DNA from: Tubulanus polymorphus | Lineage: Eukaryota > Animalia > Nemertea | Assembly (NCBI RefSeq): GCF_964204645.1 | Contig: NC_134032.1 | Location: forward strand, 16,356,275-16,420,274 | Length of the DNA: 64,000 nt | Direction of reading: 5' to 3' | Shown here: positions 27,459 through 39,363 of the stretch, in pieces | How positions within the stretch are numbered: the stretch's first letter is position 1 | How the letters are laid out: each line of letters begins with the position of its first letter | Program-made: the position numbers and the translations under genes | Notes under the pieces: generated by a model | Seen by the model: the letters and a program-made list of their open reading frames with translations, nothing else | Database searches by the model: none | Told to the model about the DNA's origin: nothing

Positions 27459-27744
27459 TACAGAATAAATAACATAATACAAGTAAAAATAGTTTATTTG
27501 ACGCACGAGTTTCCGCTACTAATGTGTAGAAGCTTCATCAGGTGATTGAGTGAATATATATATATATATTACCTAAAGGTCTGAGATGACCAAGTGGAAT
27601 ATTTGACGAATGACGCTTGACAAGATTCGGCGGAAATTCCATTTCAAGATTATCATCTTTCTGAAATCCGACTTTAGCGTGAGACACGTGAAGGATGCAG
27701 CAGATTGTGATAATAATCCTGGTGATATCAAACTGCATCATCAT
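23338..27744 (-). CDS. Secretory-pathway JmjC/cupin-like protein with C-terminal EF-hand and KDEL. Exons 27744-27573, 26808-26631, 26016-25848, 25742-25551, 25374-25242, 24999-24836, 24075-23953, 23499-23338
   Basis: Signal peptide MMMQFDITRIIITICCILHVSHA. JmjC-type motifs WTDRYLKE, LWMSSGGTSSTVH, GRKD, GDCVFIPAGVLHQVRS. EF-hand-like FKLIDPSKQGYLTREEI. C-terminus RVKDEL*. Splice phases are consistent. Confidence 0.88.
26372..26413 (+). ncRNA. Minimal type I hammerhead ribozyme motif (Penelope-type)
   Basis: CCAC-CTGATGA-T-GTCTGT(CAGTCA)ACAGCC-GAAA-CG-TT-GTGG: both core boxes, stem I CCAC/GTGG, stem II with one mismatch, palindromic ACGT stem III. Confidence 0.65.
27137..27350 (+). mobile_element. 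tRNA-derived element with TTAGGG tail, copy D
   Basis: Same leader and head; TAGGGTTAGGGTTA twice. Confidence 0.72.
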
Positions 27745-27971
27745 TAATCGCGAGTTTATTATAAATCCAAACTGTCTGTATCCCTGTGTGATTACTGAGT
27801 AGTTTAGTTAGCACGTCACGTATAACTGAGTGAATGACTCTGGCCACGTCGCGTTTCGCACCAGCTGCTGCTGCTGCTGCTGTCAGTCAGATGCATTGAT
27901 TTTCAACTGAATCATATATCTGGCACCATATGTCGAATTATACCGTCACATGACATATCATATCCACTCGG

Positions 27972-29370
27972 TCTACTCCATACACTGAGTACCCTCCCGT
28001 CTCTACTACTCCATACACTGAGTACCCCTCCCGTCTCTACTACTCCATCCACTGAGTACCCCTCCCGTCTCTACTACTCCATCCACTGAGTACCCCTCCC
28101 GTCTCTACTACTCCATCTCCACTGAGTACCCCTCCCGTCTCTACTACTCCATCCACTGAGTACCCCTCCCGTCTCTACTACTCCATCCACTGAGTACCCC
28201 TCCCGTCTCTACTACTCCATCCACTGAGTACCCCTCCCGTCTCTACTACTCCATCCACTGAGTACCCCTCCCGTCTCTACTACTCCATCCACTGAGTACC
28301 CCTCCCGTCTCTACTACTCCATACACTGAGTACCCCTCCCGTCTCTACTACTCCATCCACTGAGTACCCTCCCGTCTCTACTACTCCATCCACTGAGTAC
28401 CCCTCCCGTCTCTACTACTCCATCCACTGAGTACCCCTCCCGTCTCTACTACTCCATCCACTGAGTACCCCTCCCGTCTCTACTACTCCATCCACTGAGT
28501 ACCCCTCCCGTCTCTACTACTCCATCCACTGAGTACCCCTCCCGTCTCTACTACTCCATCCACTGAGTACCCCTCCCGTCTCTACTACTCCATCCGCTGA
28601 GTACCCCTCCCGTCTCTACTACTCCATCCGCTGAGTACCCCTCCCGTCTCTACTACTCCATCCGCTGAGTACCCCTCCCGTCTCTACTACTCCATCCGCT
28701 GAGTACCCCTCCCGTCTCTACTACTCCATCCGCTGAGTACCCCTCCCGTCTCTACTACTCCATCCGCTGAGTACCCCTCCCGTCTCTACTACTCCATCCG
28801 CTGAGTACCCCTCCCGTCTCTACTACTCCATCCGCTGAGTACCCCTCCCGTCTCTACTACTCCATCCGCTGAGTACCCCTCCCGTCTCTACTACTCCATC
28901 CGCTGAGTACCCCTCCCGTCTCTACTACTCCATCCGCTGAGTACCCCTCCCGTCTCTACTACTCCATCCGCTGAGTACCCCTCCCGTCTCTACTACTCCA
29001 TCCGCTGAGTACCCCTCCCGTCTCTACTACTCCATCCGCTGAGTACCCCTCCCGTCTCTACTACTCCATCCGCTGAGTACCCCTCCCGTCTCTACTACTC
29101 CATCCGCTGAGTACCCCTCCCGTCTCTACTACTCCATCCACTGAGTACCCCTCCCGTCTCTACTACTCCATCCACTGAGTACCCCTCCCGTCTCTACTAC
29201 TCCATCCACTGAGTACCCCTCCCGTCTCTACTACTCCATCCACTGAGTACCCCTCCCGTCTCTAATACTCCATCCACTGAGTACCCCTCCCGTCTCTACT
29301 ACTCCATCCACTGAGTACCCCTCCCGTCTCTACTACTCCATCCACTGAGTACCCCTCCCGTCTCTACTAC
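27972..29370. repeat. Minisatellite, 34 bp unit GAGTACCCCTCCCGTCTCTACTACTCCATCC(A/G)CT, about 41 copies
   Basis: Direct tandem repetition; A and G variants occur in contiguous blocks. Confidence 0.97.
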
Positions 29371-29755
29371 GTCCGTGACGTTTATTTCGTCAAGTATCAA
29401 ACAATTAATACGGAAAAAAAAGTGAAGACAATTAAATCGATGAAGGTAAAAATGATTTTATTCCCAACTTCCGTCACTAGTGCATTGTATATTCATAGTG
29501 AAACTCTGTGTAAATGTTGAACGGTTATGGGTGATACCAACAAGTGAAAGATTCCGCTAGATGGCGGATGTGTGGTCGACTACTGCGTCACCAGACCTAC
29601 AGTTATAAATATCTCTTACTGCAGCAGAATTAAACGAGTAAAAGAAATGTGTTACACCTTAAGATGGCCGAATGTCCTGTCAACGTTAAAATAACACAAA
29701 TAAATTATATCTCATGTATCTGACCAGATATCAGATTTGTGGACTCTTTACTTAT

Positions 29756-31138
29756 TCAAATATCTCTAACGGCAAGTGATGTAAAAGAGTAAATGAAATT
29801 TAAAATACCGACACCAATAAAAATAGCTGAGTATCCAACAACTGGTTTCACAGCGCCCACTATTAACAATAGTATTATTGCTACAATACGCGATAGTGTG
29901 CAATCTATCGCAAATATAGTTTCGTAATTACTGTGAAATTTCTGATCAGCAACATCAGAAAGCCAGGAATAACTAAAACTAGTAATAAGTCCAAACGCTA
30001 ATGTACAGATGGTACAGCTACCTAATGCCTGCCAGATATTTGTAATAAACGGATACGCGACAAATGAAATTGTTGTCAACAGACAATAAACTATGAAATG
30101 AATCCAGCGATAATTTCTAGTTTTTGCTACGATGAATCCAAACAAAAGTGTACTAATAAGATAAGTAATTGTTGATATCAATATGAGTGTACCTATCTGC
30201 CAATGTTCTACATCAGATGAGATCTGTTCAATCAATAATGGCATATACAGATAATGAAAATTTGTACTGAAAGTATAAAGACATTTGAGTCCGAATATTA
30301 CCAATGTTTGAGCATCAGTTAACATTGATTTTATCACTTCAAGTTGAATAGGTTTTTCCTCATTTATTTCTACTTTGTTATTTTCTATTTTGACAAAAGC
30401 TCGAATTATTGTAGCCATCAGGAGTAGGCCGAAAATAATCCAAAATGAACCGGCACAACTGACATGTTTGATTTCATATAAACGCCCAGTGTACCCAACT
30501 TCAGGACCAGCGAGGTAACAACTATTCAAGATAGCTAATGCTAGAACGCGTCGGTCTTTGTCACTGAAAACAATTGAAACCGCAGTAGATCCGGCGTTTA
30601 ATGTAAACGATATTGATATCCCAATGAAAAAATTAATAATCGCCAATATCCACCATAAAACTGTACCAAACACAGAGAGTAAAGTAGCCACGAGTCCCAG
30701 TATCAGCCCGAACCAGAATGGTGACACGTGACCATATTTAAACGTCAGTCTTCCACAGAGAATACTTCCAATCATCAGACCAGCATCGAATATAGCTTTA
30801 GTGCTGGCCACATTTACTGCAATATTATCATCAGCCAACAATGAATTATTGCGGAATCCACCTTGAAGTTCACTAACCACAGCTAGTATCGTTCCAGTTT
30901 CAATATTCAGAATTATTCCTACAAGACTAACGATAAACACGATATAAATAGGGTTCGCTTGACAGCGGATGTGACACGCGAGTCCATCTAATGCCTTCTC
31001 CTTATTTGGTATTAATGTAGACTTGTTACCGGTACCATTAGACTGGTTAACGGTACCTATAGCTCCATACTCGGTATTATCAACTGTTTCGTCTTTTTCA
31101 ACGAGACTTTCACAGATATCGTCCTGAACGTCGGTCAT
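29756..31138 (-). CDS. MFS transporter, divergent SLC18 (VMAT/VAChT)-like, copy 1, intronless
   Basis: 460 aa with about 12 hydrophobic segments. [22 protein letters not shown] resembles VMAT [37 protein letters not shown] resembles DLRHVSVYGSVYAIAD. Confidence 0.85.
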   Translation of the reverse strand: [460 protein letters not shown]

Positions 31139-32064
31139 GATTCTACCGATGACTCCCTATACCCCTTCGATAAAGTATTATGACATATATATGTAAAATA
31201 GTGTAGGTAATCCTTTGCTGAAATGTATATCAGATCAGTTTTTAATGTTAATTCACTGAATGCAGATAATGCTTAGTTTAATATGAAATCCTCAAATTAG
31301 AATTCCGCGATCCACGATATCAAGTAACATGTATGAAATTGACTTGTTACGCTTAACGCTGATATTTCTTCATGATGCTACCGACGGTTTTCATCCGGGT
31401 ACCTTCTCCGATGAAATGAGGTCACAATTCATGTGACAATATCTGAATCATCTATAACTATACGCGATGTCCGAGTAAGACTCGACACTGATTTACAAAT
31501 TCACATTCTTTATGTCGTATTAATCCAATTGAAGATGTTCACTCATTGGAGGTAGTCAGACTCACCTCTCCTTCTAGATTATGATAAACATTGATTAACT
31601 TGTAAAGCTATACTACGAGTCACTGACTGAAGAAATCTCACACTCGAGTTGTGACGTCAAGTATCAAACAATTCGTTCATATCGTACGTGTATGATATTA
31701 GAGAATTAGGGCATCTTTATTTTCGAGTAAAACAAGTTCTGTTCTTAGGTTGAAACCGGTTTTCTTTTGATTTATTCCATTTGATTCACAGGTTATTGGG
31801 GCAACCATCGTCAGGCTTACGAAGCAGTGACAACGAGTCCTGATTTGTGGTTGTTCAAGTCAATCTATTCCGCTTAGAACTGTTTAAAAAACCAATGAAT
31901 ACGGAGCATTTGAATTACGATAATATTCACCGAACACTCTTAATCCGTGTTGTAATGAGAATACGATAAAATCCACGACACAAAAGAAATAAAAATAAGT
32001 CCGTAATGATAGAATGAAATAAAAACAGATCTAAATATTTCCTTGAGCTAGCCGTAATTTATTC

Positions 32065-32098
32065 GACGTTTCGACTATATCCAAATAGTCATCTTCAG
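32065..32098 (-). ncRNA. Hammerhead ribozyme core lacking stem I (Penelope-type LTR remnant)
   Basis: Minus strand reads CTGAAGA-T-GACTAT(TTGGAT)ATAGTC-GAAA-CGTC-GAATAAA; no pairing partner for stem I. Confidence 0.5.
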
Positions 32099-32659
32099 CT
32101 GCATACATGTGCAAATGATCTTAACGAAACAGCGAAGTTCTGAAAAAAGTACATTAAGATGAAAGCTTATTCTCTCACACTGGAGTTTTGCATTTTGATC
32201 TTATCATTTTTCTATTGGCATTTATCTGTATGTTATTAACATCTAGGAAATCAAGAGCCCCTAAAAATCTATCTGTGATCCTAACCCTAACACATATAAG
32301 ACCAATTGAGGACTCTTAAGTCACGACTCTGCAACTTGACCCATAAGATATATCAAATAGAAATTAGATACACTTTAAGTGGCTTTGGAAATTTTAATGT
32401 AAATGTATTTGTAGATTTTGCTTATTAACATGCCTTCATCATAACAGAATTTGTAGAGAAGCTTCACCAGGAATAAATGAGTTTATTTAACCCGATAGAT
32501 TCTACTATACTCCGGTAGCGAAATCTGGTATTTCATATAAAACACTAAGTAAACAGAACACTCATTATCAGTTTGTTTTACTCTGTCAACACCAGGTTAA
32601 AACGCCCCCTACACAATTCATCAGGCATAACACATTACCAGAGATCTTTGGGCTCAAAC

Positions 32660-34042
32660 TCAAATATCTCTAACAGCAAGTGATGTAAAAGAGTAAATGA
32701 AATTTAAAATACCGACACCAATAAAAATAGCTGAGTATCCAACAACTGGTTTCACAGCGCCCACTATTAACAATAGTATTATTGCTACAATACGAGATAA
32801 TGCAGAATCTATCGCAAATATAGTTTCGTAATTACTGTGAAATTTCTGATCAGCAACATCAGGAAGCCAGGAATAACTAAAACTAGTGACAAGACCAAAC
32901 GCTAATGAACAGATTATACAGCTACCTAATGCCTGCCAGATATTTGTAATAAACGGATACGCGACAAATGAAATTGTTGTCAACAGACAATAAACTATGA
33001 AATGAATCCAGCGATAATTTCTAGTTTTTGCTACGATGAATCCAAACAAAAGTGTACTAATAAGATAAGTAATTGTTGATATCAATATGAGTGTACCTAT
33101 CTGCCAATGTTCTACATCAGATGAGATCTGTTCAATCAATAATGGCATATACAGATAATGAATATTTGTACTGAAAGTATAAAGACATTTGAGTCCGAAT
33201 ATTACCAATGTTTGAGCATCAGTTAACATTGATTTTATCACTTCAAGTTGAATAGGTTTCTCCTCACACAATTCTACTTTGTTATTTTCTATTTTGACAA
33301 AAGCTCGAATTACTGTAGTTATCAGTAGAAGTCCAAAAATAATCCAAAATGAACCGGCACAACTGACATGTTTGATTTCATATAAACGGCTTATGTAACC
33401 AACTTCAGGACCAGCTTGGTTACAACTATTCAAGATAGCTAATGCTAGAACGCGTTGGTCTTTATCACTGAATACAATTGAAACCGCAGTAGATCCGGCG
33501 TTTAGAATAAATGATACAGAAATCCCGATCGGTAAACTCAGAACAGCCAATATCCACCATAAAACGGTACCAAACACAGAGAGTAAAGTAGTCACGAGTC
33601 CCAGTATCAGCCCGAACCAGAATGGTGACACGTGACCATATTTAAACGCCAGTCGTCCACAGAGAATACTTCCAATCATTACCCCACAATCATAAGCAGC
33701 TTTAGTGCTGGCCACATTTACTGCAATATTATCATCAGCCAAAAATGAATTATTGCGGAATCCACCTTGAAGTTCACTAACCACAGTAAGTGACGCTCCT
33801 GCTGTCATATTTGCAGTTACAGCTGCGATACTTACAATTATAACAATAAGTATAGGGTTCGCTTGACAGCGGATGTGACAAGAAAATCCTGCTGATGCCT
33901 TCTCCTTATTTGGTAGTGATATAGACTGGTTGCCGGTACCATTTGACTGGTTAACGGTACCTATAGCTCCATACTCGGTATTATCAACTGTTTCGTCTTT
34001 TTCAACGAGACTTTCACAGATATCGTCCTGAACGTCGGTCAT
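32660..34042 (-). CDS. SLC18-like MFS transporter copy 2, intronless
   Basis: 460 aa paralog; C-terminal half nearly identical to copy 1. Confidence 0.85.
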   Translation of the reverse strand: [460 protein letters not shown]

Positions 34043-35574
34043 GATTCTACCGATGACTCCCTATACCCCTTCGATAAAGTATTATGACATATATATGTAA
34101 AATAGTGTAGGTAGGCCTAATCCTTCGGTAATATGTATATCAAATCAGTTTTTAATGTTAATTCACTGAATGCAGATAATGCTTAGTTTCATATGAAATC
34201 ATCAAATTAGAATTCCGCTTCATGATGCTACCCGACTGCTTTCATCCGGGCACTTTCTCTGATGAAATCTGAATCATCTATAACTATACGTGATGTCCGA
34301 GTCAGACTCGACACTGATTTACAAATTCACATTCTTTATGTCGTATTAATCCAATTGAAGATGTTCACTCACTGGAGGTAGTCAGACTCACCTCTCCATC
34401 TAGAATATGATAAACATTGATTAACTTGTAACGCTGTACTACGAGTCACTCACTGAAGAAATTTGGGGCAACCATCGTCGGGCTTGCGAAGCAGTGACAA
34501 CGAGTCCTGATTTGTGGTTGTTCAAGTCCATCTATTCCGCTTAGAACTGTTTAAAGAACCAATGAATACGGAGCATTTGAAGTACGATAATATTCACCGA
34601 ACACTCTAAATCCGTGTTGTAATGAGAATACAATAAAATCCACGACACAAAAGAAAGAGTAAAAGAGAAAGAGTAGCGAAATCTTGTATTTCATATAAAA
34701 CACAAAGTCGTGTTTTAGTTCTATATTTTGGTCTCTCGCTGAATAAAACGAACTCTCGATTTTATCGGTGACGGATCTTCACCGAATGAGGTCATGTCAT
34801 TGAGAACGTTCAGTATTCAGGTCGCAAAAATTTGAAACTGGTATTTTTTATCGTAACTTGTCAGACATATACGTAACAGTTGAGCTTTTCAAACTTAGAA
34901 ATTGGTTTTGTGTACGATTCCTGTTTTAGGTTATGGGGCTATTGTCTTAAAACTCTTTGTTTGTCGTTGACAAATGTGGCGTGACGATGGTATTCCGGTT
35001 TGGGCGTGGTCAGCTAGCAGCTGCTCCATAGCCTCAATTTCCACTAGATGGCGAACTAGTCAAACTGGATCAGCACGCTCAAGCCGTTTACATCATAGGC
35101 TCCATGTTTAAATGCACTAACTACTCAAGCGCTAGTAATGTTTGCTTTAGGCAAAACTAAGACGAAACCTTGACATATGAGTTACTTTTACCGTAACAGA
35201 ACATTTGGGAACAGTTAAGCAATGAGGATAAAACGGGACGAATCAATAAGACAGCGAGACGAGCCAGAGAAGAATATCGACCTGAAAATAAACACATTTT
35301 CTGGGGGAAATTTATTACATTCATCCTATAGCAACAAAGGAACTGATAATAAATCAGACCCTTGTGGCTGTGCATAGATTTCAAAAAATATTTTCAACAT
35401 ATGTTGGCATCGACAGTAATTCTATGTTAATTATTCATATACGCACTTCCAATGGGTTATCATCATTGTGCTGATTTAATTAACTTCATTTATTTTCAAC
35501 CACGTGTTGCACCGAATATCCTCATAAGATTTCACGTATTTTATGTTTTTCGGATGGCATATAGCGGTTGGACG

Positions 35575-37053
35575 ATGACGAAGGATGATACCTCAGTGAA
35601 TCTAGTTGGAAAAGGCGAAGGTGTTTCTGAATATGGAGCTCTAAATACTGTAAACCAGTCTAATGATATCGTTTACCAGTCTAATCATACCGTTATTCAG
35701 TCTGAATCACTGGAATACTGGTCAGCTAAAGATGATATCACAGTTAACCAGTCCAATGATACCCTCGACCAACCTAATGGCAACCAGTCTACATCACTAC
35801 CAAATAAGGAGAAGGCATCAGCAGGATTTTCTTGTCACATCCGCTGTCAGGCGAAACCTATACTTATTGTTATAATTGTAAGTATTTCAGCTGTAGTTGT
35901 CAATATGTCTGGTGGAGCTTCATTAGCTGTGGTTAGTGAACTTCAAGGTGGATTCCGCAATAATTCATTGTTGGCTGATGATAATATTGCAGTAAATGTG
36001 GCCAGCACTAAAGCTGCTTATGATTGTGGGATAATGATTGGAAGTATTCTCTGTGGAAGACTGACGTTTAAATATGGTCACGTGTCACCATTCTGGTTCG
36101 GGCTGATTCTGGGACTCGTGGCTACTTTACTGTCTGTGTTTGGTACAGTTTTATGGTGGATATTGGCTGTTCTGAATTTACCGATCGGGATTTCTTTATC
36201 ATTTGTTTTAAACGCCGGATCTACTGCGGTTTCAATTGTATTCAGTGATAAAGACCAACGCGTTCTAGCATTAGCTATCTTACATAGTTCTAATTTCGCT
36301 GGTCCTGAAATCGGTTACATAAGCCGTTTATATGAAATCAAACATGTCAGTTGTGCCGGTTCATTTTGGATTATTTTTGGCCTACTCCTGATGGCTACAA
36401 TAATTCGAGCTTTTGTCAAAATAGAAAATAACAAAGTAGAATTGTGTGAGGAAAAACCTATTCAACTTGAAGTGATAAAATCAATGTTAACTGATGCTCA
36501 AACATTGGTAATATTCGGACTCAAATGTCTTTATATATTCAGTACAAATATTCATTATCTGTATATGCCATTATTGATTGAACAGATCTCATCTGATGTA
36601 GAACATTGGCAGATAGGTACACTCATATTGATATCAACAATTACTTATCTTATTAGTACACTTTTGTTTGGATTCATCGTAGCAAAAACTAGAAATTATC
36701 GCTGGATTCATTTCATAGTTTATTGTCTGTTGACAACAATTTCATTTGTCGCGTATCCGTTTATTACAAATATCTGGCAGGCATTAGGTAGCTGTACCAT
36801 CTGTACATTAGCGTTTGGACTTATTACTAGTTTTAGTTATTCCTGGCTTTCTGATGTTGCTGATCAGAAATTTCACAGTAATTACGAAACTATATTTGCG
36901 ATAGATTCTGCATTATCTCGTATTGTAGCAATAATACTACTGTTAATAGTGGGAGCTGTGAAACCAGTTGTTGGATACTCAGCTATTTTTATTGGTGTCG
37001 GTATTTTAAATTTCATTTACTCTTTTACATCGCTTGCTGTTAGAGATATTTGA
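35575..37053 (+). CDS. SLC18-like MFS transporter copy 3, intronless (start chosen at MTKDD; in-frame ATGs also at 35554 and 35452)
   Basis: Paralog; N-terminus MTKDDTSV shared with copy 4. Confidence 0.83.
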   Translation: [492 protein letters not shown]

Positions 37054-37881
37054 GTTTGAGCCCAAAGATCTCATCTCTGGTAATGTGTTATGCCTGATGA
37101 ATTGTGTAGGGGGCGTTTTAACCATGTGTTCAATCAGCGATATACATTGAATATAATATATTTGTGTTGTTATTTATTACGGGTACTCGTTTAGTTGTGT
37201 GACGCTTCTGCTGTTCATCAGTTGCGTCCTGTAATTAACACACACATTCATTCTTCTTTCCCGATAACAATATTATCACTATACACATTCTACTGTCAAC
37301 TACTGAAAAGTGTCGTTGTTTCTAATAATGATAATAGATCTGATATAACAAAGAACAGTTATTACTGTTTATAATGAGGAACATTATCTTAATCTAATAA
37401 AGAATCTTTCACCATCCAAATGTTGACTTTTTCATATGTCTTTCACTGAATTTGAATTACCTGTTTCGATCGAACTTTATTTTACACATTGATTCAACAT
37501 TACGGTTTACTTACTTCAAGTAATGTACAATAAATCGGACATTAGGATCCACTGTCAATGACCGTTTATCACATCTTCATTTCATGTGAAACATAACATA
37601 TCGATTTCGAGTAAACATAAAATCTGAAGGTAAAACTATTTCTACCAGTGAAAACATTGGGAAAATAAGTGAATAAAGTACTCGTTGTATTTTCATCCTC
37701 ACCTCAATATTTACGACTCATTAATCACCCACGCGACCGATTGATGATCATTTAAATGATTAAATTAACTCAATTTTCAACCGCATGTTGCACAAATTAT
37801 TATCGCCTGTAATCTGACACATTGAACTATTTCCTGTGTGGCAGTGACACACACACGCACAGAGAGAGAAGGAGAAGGATC

Positions 37882-39363
37882 ATGACGAAGGATGATACCT
37901 CTGTGGGTCTTGTTGAAAAAGGTGAAGCAGTTGGTAATAGCGAGTATGGAGCGATAGAAAACGGAAACCAGTCAAATGATATCGTTTACCAGTCTAATGA
38001 CACCGGTAATCGGTCTGAATCGCTACCACCGAATAAGGAGCGGTCAACGGCTAAAGCAGATCTTACAGTTAACCAGTCTAATGGTACAGCTAACCAGTCG
38101 CAATTATCACTATATAAGGAGCGATTATCGGATGGATTTGTATGTCACATCCGCTGTCAGGCGAACCCAATAGTTATAATGTTTATTGTAAGTCTTTCAG
38201 CTATAATTGGCAATATGACAGCAGGAACATTGCTAGCTGTGGTTAGTGAACTTCAAGGTGGATTTCTCAAAAATGCAAAGCTTGCGGATCAGAATATTGC
38301 CGTGAATATTGCCATTGCTAAAGCTATATTCGATGCTGGTCTGATGATTGGAAGTATTCTCTGTGGAAGACTGACGTTTAAATATGGTCACGTGTCACCA
38401 TTCTGGTTCGGGCTGATTCTGGGACTCGTGGCTACTTTACTGTCTGTGTTTGGTACAGTTTTATGGTGGATATTGGCTGTTCTGAATTTACCGATCGGGA
38501 TTTCTGTATCATTTATTCTAAACGCCGGATCTACTGCGGTTTCAATTGTATTCAGTGATAAAGACCAACGCGTTCTAGCATTAGCTATCTTACATAGTTC
38601 TAATTTCGCTGGTCCTGAAATCGGTTACATAGGCCGTTTATATGAAATCAAACATGTCAGTTGTGCCGGTTCATTTTGGATTATTTTTGGCCTACTCCTG
38701 ATGGCTACAATAATTCGAGCTTTTGTCAAAATAGAAAATAACAAAGTAGAATTGTGTGAGGAAAAACCTATTCAACTTGAAGTGATAAAATCAATGTTAA
38801 CTGATGCTCAAACATTGGTAATATTCGGACTCAAATGTCTTTATATATTCAGTACAAATATTCATTATCTGTATATGCCATTATTGATTGAACAGATCTC
38901 ATCTGATGTAGAACATTGGCAGATAGGTACACTCATATTGATATCAACAATTACTTATCTTATTAGTACACTTTTGTTTGGATTTATCGTAGCAAAAACT
39001 AGAAATTATCGCTGGATTCATTTCATAGTTTATTGTCTGTTGACAACAATTTCATTTGTCGCGTATCCGTTTATTACAAATATCTGGCAGGCATTAGGTA
39101 GCTGTACCATCTGTACATTAGCGTTTGGACTTATTACTAGTTTTAGTTATTCCTGGCTTTCTGATGTTGCTGATCAGAAATTTCACAGTAATTACGAAAC
39201 TATATTTGCAATAGATTCTGCATTATCGCGTATTGTAGCAATAATACTATTGTTAATAGTGGGCGCTGTGAAACCAGTTGTTGGATACTCAGCTATTTTT
39301 ATTGGTGTCGGTATTTTAAATTTCATTTACTCTTTTACATCGCTTGCCGTTAGAGATATTTGA
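37882..39363 (+). CDS. SLC18-like MFS transporter copy 4, intronless
   Basis: Paralog; first ATG of the ORF is at 37882 (MTKDD). Confidence 0.85.
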   Translation: [493 protein letters not shown]

